This document shows, piece after piece, positions 10,451 through 21,191 of a DNA stretch of 64,000 nt. Source of the stretch: Candidatus Obscuribacteraceae bacterium. Lineage in GTDB: Bacteria > Cyanobacteriota > Vampirovibrionia > Obscuribacterales > Obscuribacteraceae. The stretch covers positions 1,139,435-1,203,434 of the forward strand of contig JBGAHS010000002.1 of NCBI GenBank assembly GCA_044226015.1, written 5' to 3'. The position numbers were made by a program, and so were the translations under genes. Position 1 is the first letter of the stretch. Each line of letters begins with the position of its first letter. The notes beneath the pieces were generated by a model that was not told the DNA's origin, did not search any database, and saw nothing but the letters and a program-made list of their open reading frames with translations.

Positions 10451-10979
10451 TTGATGCCGCTGCCATAGATATAGTTATTGCAAACAAGACAGCACAAAGC
10501 GCCAGTTCGACAACATCAACTGGCCGAACTAGTACAAAAATATCACTTACAACCCACACATAATTCCGATATCACACAACAACCAACAACAAGCGATTCC
10601 GCTGACACAATGCGCAATAAAGATAAGCATTCCATCATCACTTCATCATTCCATATTTTTTTATGAGACTTAGCGCAAGCCAAAAATTAAAGCAGAACAT
10701 GGACTTCCGGTGCCTTCTGCTACCAGCATTATCGCCAGCTAAGCTGCAAAAGTATCAATTTCAAAATCTCCATTTAATCAGCTAACGCCAACTTGCTAGA
10801 GATAACTTGCATTTATGTTTTCTGCAAGCGGCGAGACCCCGAACAACCAATTAGCAAGGGCGACACAAGAAATCAGACAGGACATAACATGTGTCAGGTT
10901 TGAATGTTGCTCGGGTTATTTTGCGCCCAACGAAAACATACTTGCATTCGCAACCTATCAAAGTTCAGAAGGAGTAACC

Positions 10980-12392
10980 ATGATCAACGACATCGTGAAG
11001 ACGAACGCCCCCGAAACCGCCAACATCTCGGTCTACCAGGTTGGAGACGCGGTGGTTCACGAACGGCGGCTCGTCAAGCTCGAGGCAGGCAAGACTCAGA
11101 TTCTGGTCAATGGCTTGCCGGTCAACTTCGTCGAAGATTCCTTCCAGGTCTGTAGCGTACATGGCCCGGCCGAGCTGAAACTCGGCTCCGATTCGTTCTC
11201 GCCCGCCGAACTGAGCGTCGAAGCGCTTCTCCAGAAGTCCATCAGCTCGCAGATCACGGTGCAAGAGAACACGAGCGACGGCGTCACCACATACAGTGGC
11301 ACATTACGCTTCGTGTTCGGAAACCAGGTCGCGCTTCAAACGGAAGATGGCGTGCAATTGCTCCAGCTCGGCTCGAGGTTCAAGCTGGCGAGTATGCCAG
11401 CAAATCTCCGCGAGACGCCGACCCTCTGCCTGGAAGCCAACGCCACCACCAACGGTGACTACACTCTTCACTCGCTCTACGAAACGGGTGGGCTCTCCTG
11501 GTCTGCCATGTACTCACTCTTCTACGACGCTGCCGCCGGAAAGCTCAAGACTCTGCAGTGCAGGGTCAAGCTCAGCAATCTGAGCGGCGCCAAGTTCGAG
11601 AATGTGTTGTTCCACCTGATGACAGGAACCAACAGCTCTCGCGCCCGCGTTGCGCCGCAGCAGAGGGGTCTCGAGAGTGCAAAGTATGCGCTGGCTTCCA
11701 GCGTGTCGCCCAGCGCGCTCGCCTCGGTCGAGTCTCTCGGGGACCAGAAGATGTACACGCTGCCCGAGGCTCTCAGCATCGAGCATGGGCAGACGAAGCG
11801 CCCGTACCTCATTGTGAAGCGAGACATTCCGGTCCGCTCGGAATACTTCGTCGATGCGAGCAACTACGGCTCCGTCGAGCCCAGCAAGCACTCGGTGCGT
11901 GTGCGTCTGCGAGTGGACAACACTGCGGAGAACAACCTGGGCGTCGACTTGCCTGCTGGTGAAGCGGCTGTCTTCCAAACCGATACGCTCGGAAACGCCC
12001 AGAAGACGGAGCATTCGCTCAGCATCGAGCAGCTCGCTGCCGGTGAAGAACTGTGCGTTGAATTCAACACGCCCTGTTCTGAAATCAAGGCGAGTCGGCA
12101 GTTGCTCAGCTCTAAGGAGGATCCTGAAACCCAAGAAGAAGCATCGGGCGAGGGCGAGCAGCCCAAAGCACCGCGCTATCGCGTCGAAGAGAGAAAGCTC
12201 GAACTCAGCAACTACAAAGACGAAAACGTCTGTGTGCTCGTGCAGGAGGAACTGCCGGGCTGCGAATTCGAAATTCTCCACAGCGACCAGCGATTCGCCG
12301 AGCAGAACCTGCACAAGGGCGTCTTCGTCGTGGAAGTGCCCGGCAATGGCAGCCGCACTGTGACTTACGCTCTCAAGTGGCGTGTCAACTAA
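10980..12392 (+). CDS. DUF4139/DUF4140-type protein
   Basis: ISVYQ..AVVHERR, LYETGGLSWSAMY, LGVDLPAG and C-terminal VEVPGNGSRTVTY motifs. Start placed at MINDI after a GGAG RBS. Confidence 0.8.
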   Translation: MINDIVKTNAPETANISVYQVGDAVVHERRLVKLEAGKTQILVNGLPVNFVEDSFQVCSVHGPAELKLGSDSFSPAELSVEALLQKSISSQITVQENTSDGVTTYSGTLRFVFGNQVALQTEDGVQLLQLGSRFKLASMPANLRETPTLCLEANATTNGDYTLHSLYETGGLSWSAMYSLFYDAAAGKLKTLQCRVKLSNLSGAKFENVLFHLMTGTNSSRARVAPQQRGLESAKYALASSVSPSALASVESLGDQKMYTLPEALSIEHGQTKRPYLIVKRDIPVRSEYFVDASNYGSVEPSKHSVRVRLRVDNTAENNLGVDLPAGEAAVFQTDTLGNAQKTEHSLSIEQLAAGEELCVEFNTPCSEIKASRQLLSSKEDPETQEEASGEGEQPKAPRYRVEERKLELSNYKDENVCVLVQEELPGCEFEILHSDQRFAEQNLHKGVFVVEVPGNGSRTVTYALKWRVN

Positions 12393-12412
12393 CTTGAGCA
12401 TCTGAATTCCGT

Positions 12413-12445
12413 GAAGGGGGTGGAAGTCCACCCCCTTCTTTCTTA
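12413..12445 (+). terminator. Intrinsic terminator-like hairpin
   Basis: gaagggggtgga-ag-tccacccccttc followed by tttctt. Confidence 0.65.
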
Positions 12446-12480
12446 CTTCCATAACAAGATCACCAAGACAAGGTGGCAAA

Positions 12481-12897
12481 ATGAAACGTCTTATGTACAT
12501 TCTTCTGATTGCTGTCTGCCCTCTGAGCATCGCCGGTTGCGGCGGCGGCGACATCAGCAATTATGCCTTCGAGCTGTCGAGTTTCGGAGAACGCAACTTC
12601 GACAAACTCGATCGCAACCACGATGGAACCGTCATCGAAAGCGAACTCTGGGAAGCGCAAGCTACCAATGAGTACACGTCAGCCGAAAAACAGCTCATCA
12701 AGATGATTCGAGACAACCTCTCAAGCATCGGACACGTGACCGACAGCGAAAAGTACCAGTCGATCGATCCAATTGCCCTCCCGGACGGCAACGGCGGCAT
12801 CACGTGGATCTACATTCCCTCCACCAAGACTCGGTACTTGTACGGTGTAAATCTTGCCGACTTCAAGAATTTTGGGATGCGACAGACCCGTCGCTGA
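12481..12897 (+). CDS. Lipoprotein with an EF-hand-like loop
   Basis: Lipobox IAGC and the loop DRNHDGTVIESE. Confidence 0.75.
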   Translation: MKRLMYILLIAVCPLSIAGCGGGDISNYAFELSSFGERNFDKLDRNHDGTVIESELWEAQATNEYTSAEKQLIKMIRDNLSSIGHVTDSEKYQSIDPIALPDGNGGITWIYIPSTKTRYLYGVNLADFKNFGMRQTRR

Positions 12898-13473
12898 TTC
12901 TGCGCTAAAAGAGCAGGAAGCTTTGGGGTAAGCTTGTTAGATCCGCAGTAACTCTCAATTCCATCGCAAAGCGATGAATAGTGGAACATGCTCTGTGCCT
13001 AGCAAATGCTGGGCAAGGCATTGTGACAAACTGCGATCGATCAAATGGATCCCTAAAGATAGCAAAAGGTCTCAGCGATAGCAAAGAACTCCTCGCCGCA
13101 TAAGAGGCGGTGAGTCAATGCTATCGCTGGGACCCTTCTTTCCCGACTTTGCCGAAGGCAAAGCTATAAAGCAAAGCTGTTATGAGGACCTTCCAAGGAG
13201 CACTGCCATTCTTATAAGCAGGACTTCTACTACGCCACCACGTACGACACACATAAATAGAACAACAGAAAAGAAGAGGAAACGGCAGCGCAGGAGATTC
13301 TGCGCTGCCGTCTCACACTTGCCTTAACGGCTCAACTATATTTCCACATCTCGATTACACCGTGTTTCGGCTAAAATGAACATGGAATGCACGCCGCTAC
13401 TGCAGGAGTAAGCGAGATAAAGACACGGAGTCATCTTTTCCACGGATAACTTCAACATGATGAAGTTGCACCG

Positions 13474-14091
13474 CTAGTGCAAGTAGAATCCGTGTTTCCT
13501 CATTTCGATTACATCCTTCGCACCCGGCTTTTTATAGGTCCCCATCAGCCAATCAGCCAGAGGACAAACGATGCAAAAATTGACCTTCGGATAGGCATGA
13601 TGAAGAAAATGATTTCGCGCCAACCACAAACAAAGCGAAGATCGATTGAACCACTTCGCCCTCTTCTCAGGTTGAGTATGCATTTGGATGTGGATCAAAT
13701 TCCAAGCATTGTGATGAAGAAACAGCGAAAGCATAAAGATCACGGCGCCCAACCCAAAGACCATTCCGATGATACTGCTAAAGCCAAAGAAGAGGGCAAG
13801 TAAAAGCAGCGGTCCCCATATCCAGAAAGAAGCCACTTGCCCTTCAAAAACTGGAAGCTTGATGTTGACCTCCAGACAATCGCCTTCGGACTCATCGAAA
13901 TGAGTGCCAGGAAAACATTCACCATGATGGAAGTGCCGATGGCGATCCAACACACCTTTGAAGAAAGGCATCCGACGGGAGAGAACAGTCGGCTTGTGCA
14001 TCAGAACACCATGTGCAAAAAACTCGATAAAGGAGATGATCACATACGAAACTGCAAACCAGAAAGCGGTGATACCAATCCAGAAAAACAT
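13474..14091 (-). CDS. Fatty acid hydroxylase / sterol desaturase-like membrane di-metal enzyme (copy A)
   Basis: His boxes HGVLMH, HRHFHH, HIQMH and HFLHH, plus NFCIVCPLADWLMGT. Start uncertain (14091 or 14112). Confidence 0.75.
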   Translation of the reverse strand: MFFWIGITAFWFAVSYVIISFIEFFAHGVLMHKPTVLSRRMPFFKGVLDRHRHFHHGECFPGTHFDESEGDCLEVNIKLPVFEGQVASFWIWGPLLLLALFFGFSSIIGMVFGLGAVIFMLSLFLHHNAWNLIHIQMHTQPEKRAKWFNRSSLCLWLARNHFLHHAYPKVNFCIVCPLADWLMGTYKKPGAKDVIEMRKHGFYLH

Positions 14092-14401
14092 ATTTTGAAA
14101 ACCACCAATCAAATAATATTTTTTCGCAAACTGCGGTCATCCGAAAAACGCATTCCACGGCTTCTCAGGAGTAGCTGCAAACCGCGGAAATCAGTGAATC
14201 TTTAGCTGAAAGGGGTCAGCCTTCCCCAATCAAAATTCATCGAGACTTTTGAAAGCCTCAATTGAACTAGTAGTCGCAGCACATCATTTCTGCATCATTT
14301 CTGTTGAGACCATTCTTACGCGCAGAGCTTTTAAGAGTCCTGAAGGAACTCCTGCAGGTGCAACCTACTAGCAGCAAGCACAAATGCAACCAAGCAGTAG
14401 T

Positions 14402-15193
14402 CTACGCAGGAGGCGCCAGTGCAACGATTGCAGATCTCAACGCGTCAGAAGCAATCCTTGCATTCTCGTCTCTGTATTGTGATGACGGAATCATTTTTCC
14501 TACAAAAATGCGCACACCACCCCTGTAAAATGGAGCCAAGACGGTCATTAGAATTAGTTGAATCAGAATTGGATATTTGCATATCCAGGATCCAGGATAC
14601 CTTCCATATCGCATAAAAATCGGCACGAAATAAGCATTCCTGCCACAAGAAGCAGCCAGGTCCTTCGAGATGAGCACAGCACCAGGTTTGAACGGACCCA
14701 TCCTTCCGTCAAGATAGACCCAACCTTCCGGAAAAATTAGCAAGCTCTGTGCGCTTTGTAGAACTTTCAAGCCGGTGAGGCGGCTAGCCGTGAAGGCTCC
14801 GAATAATCCGAAGATCAGCCCGAATAGCCCCCCAAAGCTGTTCATCAAGGTTGGAGCTGCCATAGACCTTGGGTTCCACTTCTCCAGAAGCTGCAATGTC
14901 ACAAACGCATCGGCAATGTGCGTGTGATTGGGCGTGAAGATAAACGGCGTTTCTTGTGGCAGCTCTTCAAGATTTTCCACTCCTTCCACTTTGATTTTGC
15001 CGACCATGCTCCAACACAAGAAACGCAAGATATAGCGGCGAATCCACAAGAGAATCCCATTAGGAGCCGGTGGCAAAGAGCCCTTTATGCGATTGATAAG
15101 TATTCGCTTTCGAAGCGTAAGTACCGCCTCAAACGAGACTGCGATAAACAAACCACCGAGCAGAAGAAAAGCCAATTCTGTTAAAGACCGCAT
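14402..15193 (-). CDS. PlsC-type lysophospholipid acyltransferase (copy A)
   Basis: NHTHIAD (HX4D), IFPEG and FKPGA motifs; N-terminal TM helix. Confidence 0.9.
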   Translation of the reverse strand: MRSLTELAFLLLGGLFIAVSFEAVLTLRKRILINRIKGSLPPAPNGILLWIRRYILRFLCWSMVGKIKVEGVENLEELPQETPFIFTPNHTHIADAFVTLQLLEKWNPRSMAAPTLMNSFGGLFGLIFGLFGAFTASRLTGLKVLQSAQSLLIFPEGWVYLDGRMGPFKPGAVLISKDLAASCGRNAYFVPIFMRYGRYPGSWICKYPILIQLILMTVLAPFYRGGVRIFVGKMIPSSQYRDENARIASDALRSAIVALAPPA

Positions 15194-15254
15194 TTCTGCA
15201 GTCCTCCCTTCCTTTTTGCAAAATGAAATTTGTTATCTCGGCAAGATCCGAGAC

Positions 15255-16328
15255 CTAGAACAGACCATGAGCACAAAACACCGTTTCCGCCCGCTTAGCA
15301 AGCAGTTGCGGACGTTTTTGCAGTGCGGGTTTAGCATGCCGCCAATTGCCGAGTTCATACAAAACCTGCTTTACGAACTCAAGACGCTCTCCATGGAGAA
15401 CGCCTTCCAAAGCCAACCTCGCACAACAAGACTCAAACGCAATCAAAACTGCTAACCATTTCGCATCCTGCGAAAACGCGAATTGCAGTGCTGGCACATG
15501 ATAAATCTGCGGACGAAACTCAATCACGCCAACGGTGTCATCATCCCATTCCCATTTTTGATCGATACCCCAGGTGCGCCGGCATAGGGAATGGAAGGAT
15601 CCTGAAATAGGGTCTAAGCGGTCCACCGATAGGTTGCAGGCAATTATGGTTCGCGGATCCACACCAAAGTGCTGAATCTGCAACCCTACCGGACAAAACC
15701 CATAGCGACTCAAGGCACCATCGAACATCAACTTTCCCTGGTACTTCATAGCAGCGAAAACGCCAGGAATGCTACAGCTCATCCGAACCGCGTCCGACAA
15801 TTTAGGAGGCTCCAGCGAGAGCTGCTTCACGGAGTTATCTCTCTCAATCAGAAATACACCATCAGACTTGAACACGACCGGCATGCCAGATTTAGTTGTT
15901 GCCATCGTCCAGAACTTTGCCGGCCAATGCCCGCCGCATCCCCGAAACTCGGCAATTTTGTCCAGGTAATTACCAATCGATGAAGTTTGCAGCAAACCAG
16001 TGTGTCGACAATCTGTCGATGTAGCCTTGGATCCCAGAGCCGAAAGAAAATTCCTCAGCTGGCCCTTTGTCCCGATTTCGGCTTTGAAATCCAGTTCCAG
16101 CCCCAGATGCAAAAGTTGCACAGCATCCAGACCCAGACTGAGAAGAGCAGCGCAGATAGAGCCTGCACTTACACCACCGAGTGTGCGGAACTGCCTCAAC
16201 CCTGCAGCATGACAGGCTATCACAGCACCTAGACTTGCTAGAAACGACTGCGATCCTCCGCTGCTCAATGTCAGATGGTAGGCATTGCTGCTAATTGCTT
16301 TGTTTGAACCACTTTCAAAAACAGACAA
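15255..16328 (-). CDS. Patatin-like phospholipase (copy A)
   Basis: SSGG oxyanion loop, GVSAG nucleophile elbow, SCSIPGVF and FDG catalytic Asp. Confidence 0.9.
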   Translation of the reverse strand: MSVFESGSNKAISSNAYHLTLSSGGSQSFLASLGAVIACHAAGLRQFRTLGGVSAGSICAALLSLGLDAVQLLHLGLELDFKAEIGTKGQLRNFLSALGSKATSTDCRHTGLLQTSSIGNYLDKIAEFRGCGGHWPAKFWTMATTKSGMPVVFKSDGVFLIERDNSVKQLSLEPPKLSDAVRMSCSIPGVFAAMKYQGKLMFDGALSRYGFCPVGLQIQHFGVDPRTIIACNLSVDRLDPISGSFHSLCRRTWGIDQKWEWDDDTVGVIEFRPQIYHVPALQFAFSQDAKWLAVLIAFESCCARLALEGVLHGERLEFVKQVLYELGNWRHAKPALQKRPQLLAKRAETVFCAHGLF

Positions 16329-16802
16329 GGATTCATACCAACCTCTCTAATATTTTTGAGCGATGTCGCACAGCTTGTAGCGTTGCATTCGCTCGTCATT
16401 TAGTGTTTTGGACCTCATTCAATACGGTCTGCCCAAGATGGTTTTCACAATCCATCCGACACAAAGCATCGAAATACTGCTCAGCAGGGGTAAAACTGCG
16501 ATGAGCAGAATGTAAGAGTGCAAGGGACTCATTCCTGTTGCTCCTTTCCAAAGTTCTATAATCCTGGCGGGCTAGCACCAGAATTTTCGTTTTGTTTGTG
16601 TTCTTTCCGTGGGGGGCTGGAAGAATTCCGAAAAAGAGAAATGAATTTCTGGCTTTTAGATTACCTTCGATCTCAATATCACTATCAAGTGACAAATCCT
16701 CTCAACCGGCTTTTTTCCCGTAGCCCTCACAGGAGAGCAGCTAGGTAAACTAGCACTAACCACTTGACTTGCACAGCTGCAAACCCAGCCAATTCCCTCT
16801 GC

Positions 16803-16886
16803 TTGATCGATATCGATCAAAATCCTGGTTTTTTGCACCCGCAAACCCAGTAAATTGTCCCCGCAAGATCGATATCGATCAAAATT
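16803..16886. repeat. Paired GATCGATATCGATC palindrome element
   Basis: Two copies about 62 bp apart with cccgcaaacccagtaaattg between them. Confidence 0.9.
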
Positions 16887-17263
16887 CGGCTTTTCACCCC
16901 AAAATCCGCCCAGAAAAAATCCAGCGAAAAACAGTCCAAGCACTTGATTTCTTAAGACATCATGGCTACTCGTACAGCCTCGCTAACCTAATTTTTCAAC
17001 GTGTCGTCAAGTGCCACAGGAACTGTGAATTGATTTCAATCATTCCAGCCTTTCAACTGCACCTTCAAATCGGCTAAATAAATGGCGTCCTTGTCAAATC
17101 CCATATGAGCCACTAACCACCAAAAAGACTTCACTTTTGTGCCGAATGTAACCGCACTAACAGCAGAAATTCTGCTGAGGTGAATTATGGCAAGCAGTGA
17201 CAGGGATTTTCATCACTCATACTCACGCGTTGAACGTGTGAGCCAGCCAACGGAGAAATCGCC

Positions 17264-18409
17264 ATGGTAAGGCGCTTCGTTACTCGTTTTCTTCTGAACA
17301 ATGTGGAACCCACTCTGGAAACTCCGGAAAGGGACCTCCATCTTGTTTGTGGTGCTGGTGGGACTCGCGCTATCATCGGCTGCGCCGGTGCGGTGTTCGG
17401 CATGCATGCTATGGGAATGAACTCCTGGGCAAGCATAGGCGGTATCAGCGGTGGCTCATTGCCCACCCTGCTCTACGCTGCGGGCATCCACCCTCGTGCG
17501 CTGATGCGTCGAGCTCTCACCACTGATTTTTCGACCCTTGTCGTGAAGCGGCGGCATCTGCTGCAGGTTTTGCGCAAGTTCATGGGACAGGCGAAGCATG
17601 AGCGCCTGCCCCGCACTGCAGTTCACTGCTCCAAGGGGATGGTCAAGTTCATCGACGACCTCGTGCCCACGTGGCCCGACAAGTTCTGGACCATGGCCAC
17701 AACCGACCTGCCGAAGAAAGGGCGCTGCCAAGTTCTCTTCACCAAGAGAGGCGTCTTCCTCTACGACAAGCACGGCAACTGCGAGCAGCTCTCCTACCAC
17801 CCTGCGCCCGTCGGTCTTGCGATCGCCGCAAGTTGCGCAATCCCGGGTGTCATTGACCACGTCGAGTATCTGGGGATGCAACTGTATGACGGCATGATGA
17901 GCTGGGATGGGCGCACGCCCGCCCGGCTGGTCAAGCTGCATTACGGCGCTGCCTACGAAGACATCGTTGCAGTCGATGTGGGTGGCATCAAGCCACCGTT
18001 CCCGTCGCTGACCAAGCGCATCGCTGCCTACCTCTGTGACGATGACTGTCATCCCGACACCCACATGACGCCTGATCAGTGGGACGCGCTCGGTGTGCGG
18101 GTTGTGCGAGCCAACATTCACAATTTCGGCTCTCTGAACCTGAACCCGACACTGAAACAGCGTTCTCATGCCATGCGCCTGGGCTACACTGCGGCAGTGA
18201 GGACACTCTGTCCGAAACGCGGCAAATTCAAGTTCGATGCCAAAAAGCTGCTGGCTTCATCGCTGGAACAATTTGGCATCGAGCGTGGTGGCAAAACCAA
18301 GTCCTTCGCGGCTACCCAAGCGGAGCATGAGCCCAAGAAAACATCGAAGGCCAAAGCACCGCGTCGCAAGGCAAAACAAAAGGCTAGCAAGAAAATCAAA
18401 ATCAGCTAG
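17264..18409 (+). CDS. Patatin-like phospholipase with Lys-rich C-terminal tail
   Basis: GAGGTR, GISGG, SCAIPGV and YDG motifs. Confidence 0.9.
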   Translation: MVRRFVTRFLLNNVEPTLETPERDLHLVCGAGGTRAIIGCAGAVFGMHAMGMNSWASIGGISGGSLPTLLYAAGIHPRALMRRALTTDFSTLVVKRRHLLQVLRKFMGQAKHERLPRTAVHCSKGMVKFIDDLVPTWPDKFWTMATTDLPKKGRCQVLFTKRGVFLYDKHGNCEQLSYHPAPVGLAIAASCAIPGVIDHVEYLGMQLYDGMMSWDGRTPARLVKLHYGAAYEDIVAVDVGGIKPPFPSLTKRIAAYLCDDDCHPDTHMTPDQWDALGVRVVRANIHNFGSLNLNPTLKQRSHAMRLGYTAAVRTLCPKRGKFKFDAKKLLASSLEQFGIERGGKTKSFAATQAEHEPKKTSKAKAPRRKAKQKASKKIKIS

Positions 18410-18498
18410 TCTGCAACAGTTTCTTCCATAGCAACGCCACGAATCGCATCTAGTGGCGTTGCTCTCAACCTGATGCGCAAGATTCGGAGAACCTTCTC

Positions 18499-18969
18499 AT
18501 GAAAAAGGTCATCGCAGTAGCTCTTGCTGTGCTCGTCGGGCTCGGCGGCTTCTTCCTCTACCAGGACCACGAGTACCGTCGTGTTCACGGCGTTGTCACC
18601 GAGGTCGGGTTGTTCAACTACGACCAGGAGGTCGAGCAAGCTCTCGACAGCGGATCGACCGTTCTGCTCTACTTCTACAAGCAGGAGGATGGGACCGCCG
18701 CCGATCAGGAGCAGCTCGCCGTGGTGAAGTCGTTCGCCTGGCGCAGTGCTGGCAAGGTCAAGGTCGTGGAGATCAACGTCGCTCGACTGGAGAACCTTCC
18801 GCTCGCCATCGCATACGGTGCGGTTCGCCAACCGGCATTCGTGTTCGTGAACGGCAAGAAGAAGGTCAACGGCGCCCACGGCAAGTTCACCTCTATCGAG
18901 GAGCTGAACAGGCTCAACGACTTGCTCAAACAGACGCCGGCACCCGCGCCTGCATCCGACAAGAACTGA
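18499..18969 (+). CDS. Membrane-anchored thioredoxin-fold protein lacking CxxC
   Basis: N-terminal TM, VLLYFY, KVKVVEINV and YGAVRQPAFVFVNGK pattern; no cysteines. Confidence 0.65.
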   Translation: MKKVIAVALAVLVGLGGFFLYQDHEYRRVHGVVTEVGLFNYDQEVEQALDSGSTVLLYFYKQEDGTAADQEQLAVVKSFAWRSAGKVKVVEINVARLENLPLAIAYGAVRQPAFVFVNGKKKVNGAHGKFTSIEELNRLNDLLKQTPAPAPASDKN

Positions 18970-19028
18970 GAATCCACGGACAGATATGGTGTGGTCGAAA
19001 TGTTTCGTCCACATCTATCTGTCTTCTC

Positions 19029-19068
19029 GGGCAGAATCCTCACAAGGGATTCTGCCCTTTTCTTTTCT
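19029..19068 (+). terminator. Intrinsic terminator
   Basis: gggcagaatcc-tcacaag-ggattctgccc followed by ttttctttt. Confidence 0.8.
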
Positions 19069-19470
19069 CTGGGCACTTTTTGACCTTTAAAATGCAAGAA
19101 TCAGAAGAAAGCGTGCTGCGGCCAATGCTCTTTCAGCATTTTAAATGGCTTTTTGTGATCGCAAAATGCGATCAAGATCTAAAAAATGGCTTGGGAAAGG
19201 GTTTCTCTTCCCTCGTTTCGTTGATTTAAAATACAGAAAGACGATGAAAAATTGGGTATTGACAGGATCGGCGCCTCATTGAAGGTGAAAAAGATGAGGA
19301 AACTGTTGAGATGATTGCGGCTGTAATTTCGTCATATCCTTCCGCAGAGAGGGAGACAAAATTGTCTCCCTCTCTTACGTTTCCACACTCGCTTCCTAAA
19401 CTGTTACTTCAGCCAGCTTTCCACAGCTTTTGCAGTAGCTTTTGAAGTAGCTTTTGCAGTAACCGTTGCC

Positions 19471-20016
19471 TCAGCTATTGCCCTGGATCTTGCAGAGGAA
19501 GCGGAACAAAGCCGCTTGAGCCATCATGTCCGACGACTCACGAGCAAACTGAGCGAAGGTCATCCACTGACCATTTGGTGGCAGCAAATAATCAGTGCGT
19601 CCCGTCTCAGTAACATCAACAACGCCGCAGCGAATCGTTCCAATGATTCGAGCGGAGTTCGAGCGACCAATGCCGAGTTCGGTCACGGGATAGTGCACTA
19701 ATTTGGCGTTATCGACCGAATTTCGTGCAGCTTCCAGCAGCATCTCGCAACCATTTGCCCCAACGCGTTTGACTTCGCAAACGGCAACCTCCCATTCATT
19801 GTCCGCAAGACGAACGAGTGGCAGGACAGACCCGCAAATACCTTCAGCATCGCAGTTTTCCCGAACCACTGGTTGGATGTAGCCGAGGGAATCGTCGAAT
19901 TCAACGCTGAAGAAGCGACCATCAGCGCGTTCAAAGCGGGGAATTCCTGAAATCGTGGCTACGCGCCATTGACCATCAACCTGAACTAGAACTTCTGTTT
20001 CCTGATTTTTGGACAT
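19471..20016 (-). CDS. Hypothetical protein
   Basis: 181-aa ORF with natural composition; hairpin agagagggagacaa-aa-ttgtctccctctct downstream at about 19346-19375. Confidence 0.65.
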   Translation of the reverse strand: MSKNQETEVLVQVDGQWRVATISGIPRFERADGRFFSVEFDDSLGYIQPVVRENCDAEGICGSVLPLVRLADNEWEVAVCEVKRVGANGCEMLLEAARNSVDNAKLVHYPVTELGIGRSNSARIIGTIRCGVVDVTETGRTDYLLPPNGQWMTFAQFARESSDMMAQAALFRFLCKIQGNS

Positions 20017-20489
20017 ATCGAACTAACTTTCATTTCTTGGAAGGGACAAAAAAACACCTGACTCTCTCCAAGCAAAAGAGTCGATGACAAACTAGCTCAT
20101 AACAATAAGCGGATTCTTCAAAAATTTCTGATTTAGCTAAATTCAGTAGATTGTTGTTGAATCCTACATTTCGAGAGAGCATTAACGAGATACTAGATTG
20201 GTAGCAAGAATGCCCCTGACGCTACAAGCAAATATCGGGTAGAAATACGGTCATAATTCAAAGCTGTCAGTTGAAACAATGATAATAAATCACGTATGCC
20301 CCAATGAAACCAGTCTTTCCAGCCTTCTCGATCCATGGTTTCGCTCGCACAGAGATTGCGCTATCCTCTAATCCAACCTCGAATTGCTCCGAAAATCGCT
20401 TTAGCGCAACTCCTCTGATGGTTCGCAGTGGCACCTCAAAAGTGCAACGAAGGCATCCCTCGCAACTCCGCAACGCACCCGGCACCCCC

Positions 20490-20722
20490 ATGAAGCACTG
20501 CGGATCCGATTTAGCATCTCTTTCGGATCCCGCTCCGCAACGCACCGCGGCAACCTTCTCCCCATAAAGCACTGTGGATCCGATTTAGCATCTCTTACGG
20601 ATCCCGCTTCGCATCAATCATTCTCTCGCAACTCCCCAACGCACCGCGGCAACCTTCTCCATAAAGCACTGTGGATCCGATTTGGCATCTCTTACGGTTC
20701 CCGCTCCGCATCAATCATTCAC
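20490..20722. repeat. Three-copy repeat with internal ggatccg...cggatcc inverted repeat
   Basis: aagcactg(c/t)ggatccgattt(a/g)gcatctctt(t/a)cgg(a/t)tcccgct recurs at about 20493, 20567 and 20664. Confidence 0.85.
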
Positions 20723-21170
20723 ATCTTCCTATGAAACCTGCGGAAGATATGAGTGAAAGCTTAGGCGCACTCACCATCGTGCCTGTAGCCAATTTTACAT
20801 CGCCAGTGCTGGATGAAATGGACGCCTTTTCAAAAGCAGTCAGATTCCCCGCCAAACTAACGTCACCAACAGAGGAGACTGAAACCCTTTCTCCGATTAT
20901 TTGCCCGCCGACGCTAAGTTGGGTACCTGCGGTCAAAGTGAGATCCAGTCGAAATCACACCACCACTTTTCCCGGATCCATCTGCGCCCAAGAGAGGAGT
21001 GCCACCACCACCAGTGCCACTTACGCCAATTTGTGAGGCACTACCAGCGTTTTTTGCAGAACCGCCAGAGCTGATACCGCCACCTCCTGTACCGCCAGCG
21101 GGTCCATTGATGCCGGAACCGGGTGACCCGCCACCACCGCCTACTCCATAGCTGCCGCCTCCGCCGCACC
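20715..21170 (-). pseudogene. Frameshifted fragment of a Gly-rich large exoprotein (haemagglutinin/adhesin-like)
   Basis: One frame reads CGGGGSYGVGGGGGSPGSGINGPAGGTGGGG...GGVISTG. After a frameshift near 20945 a second frame reads DLTLTAGTQLSVGGQIIGERVSVSSVGDVSLAGNLTA. No start codon was found. Confidence 0.55.
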
Positions 21171-21191
21171 GTATTTATTTAAAAATGCCCG

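Noticed and set aside
15255..18409. Patatins as CBASS or other anti-phage effectors
   Set aside because: No CD-NTase or other defence genes nearby; the context is consistently acyltransferases and lipid enzymes.
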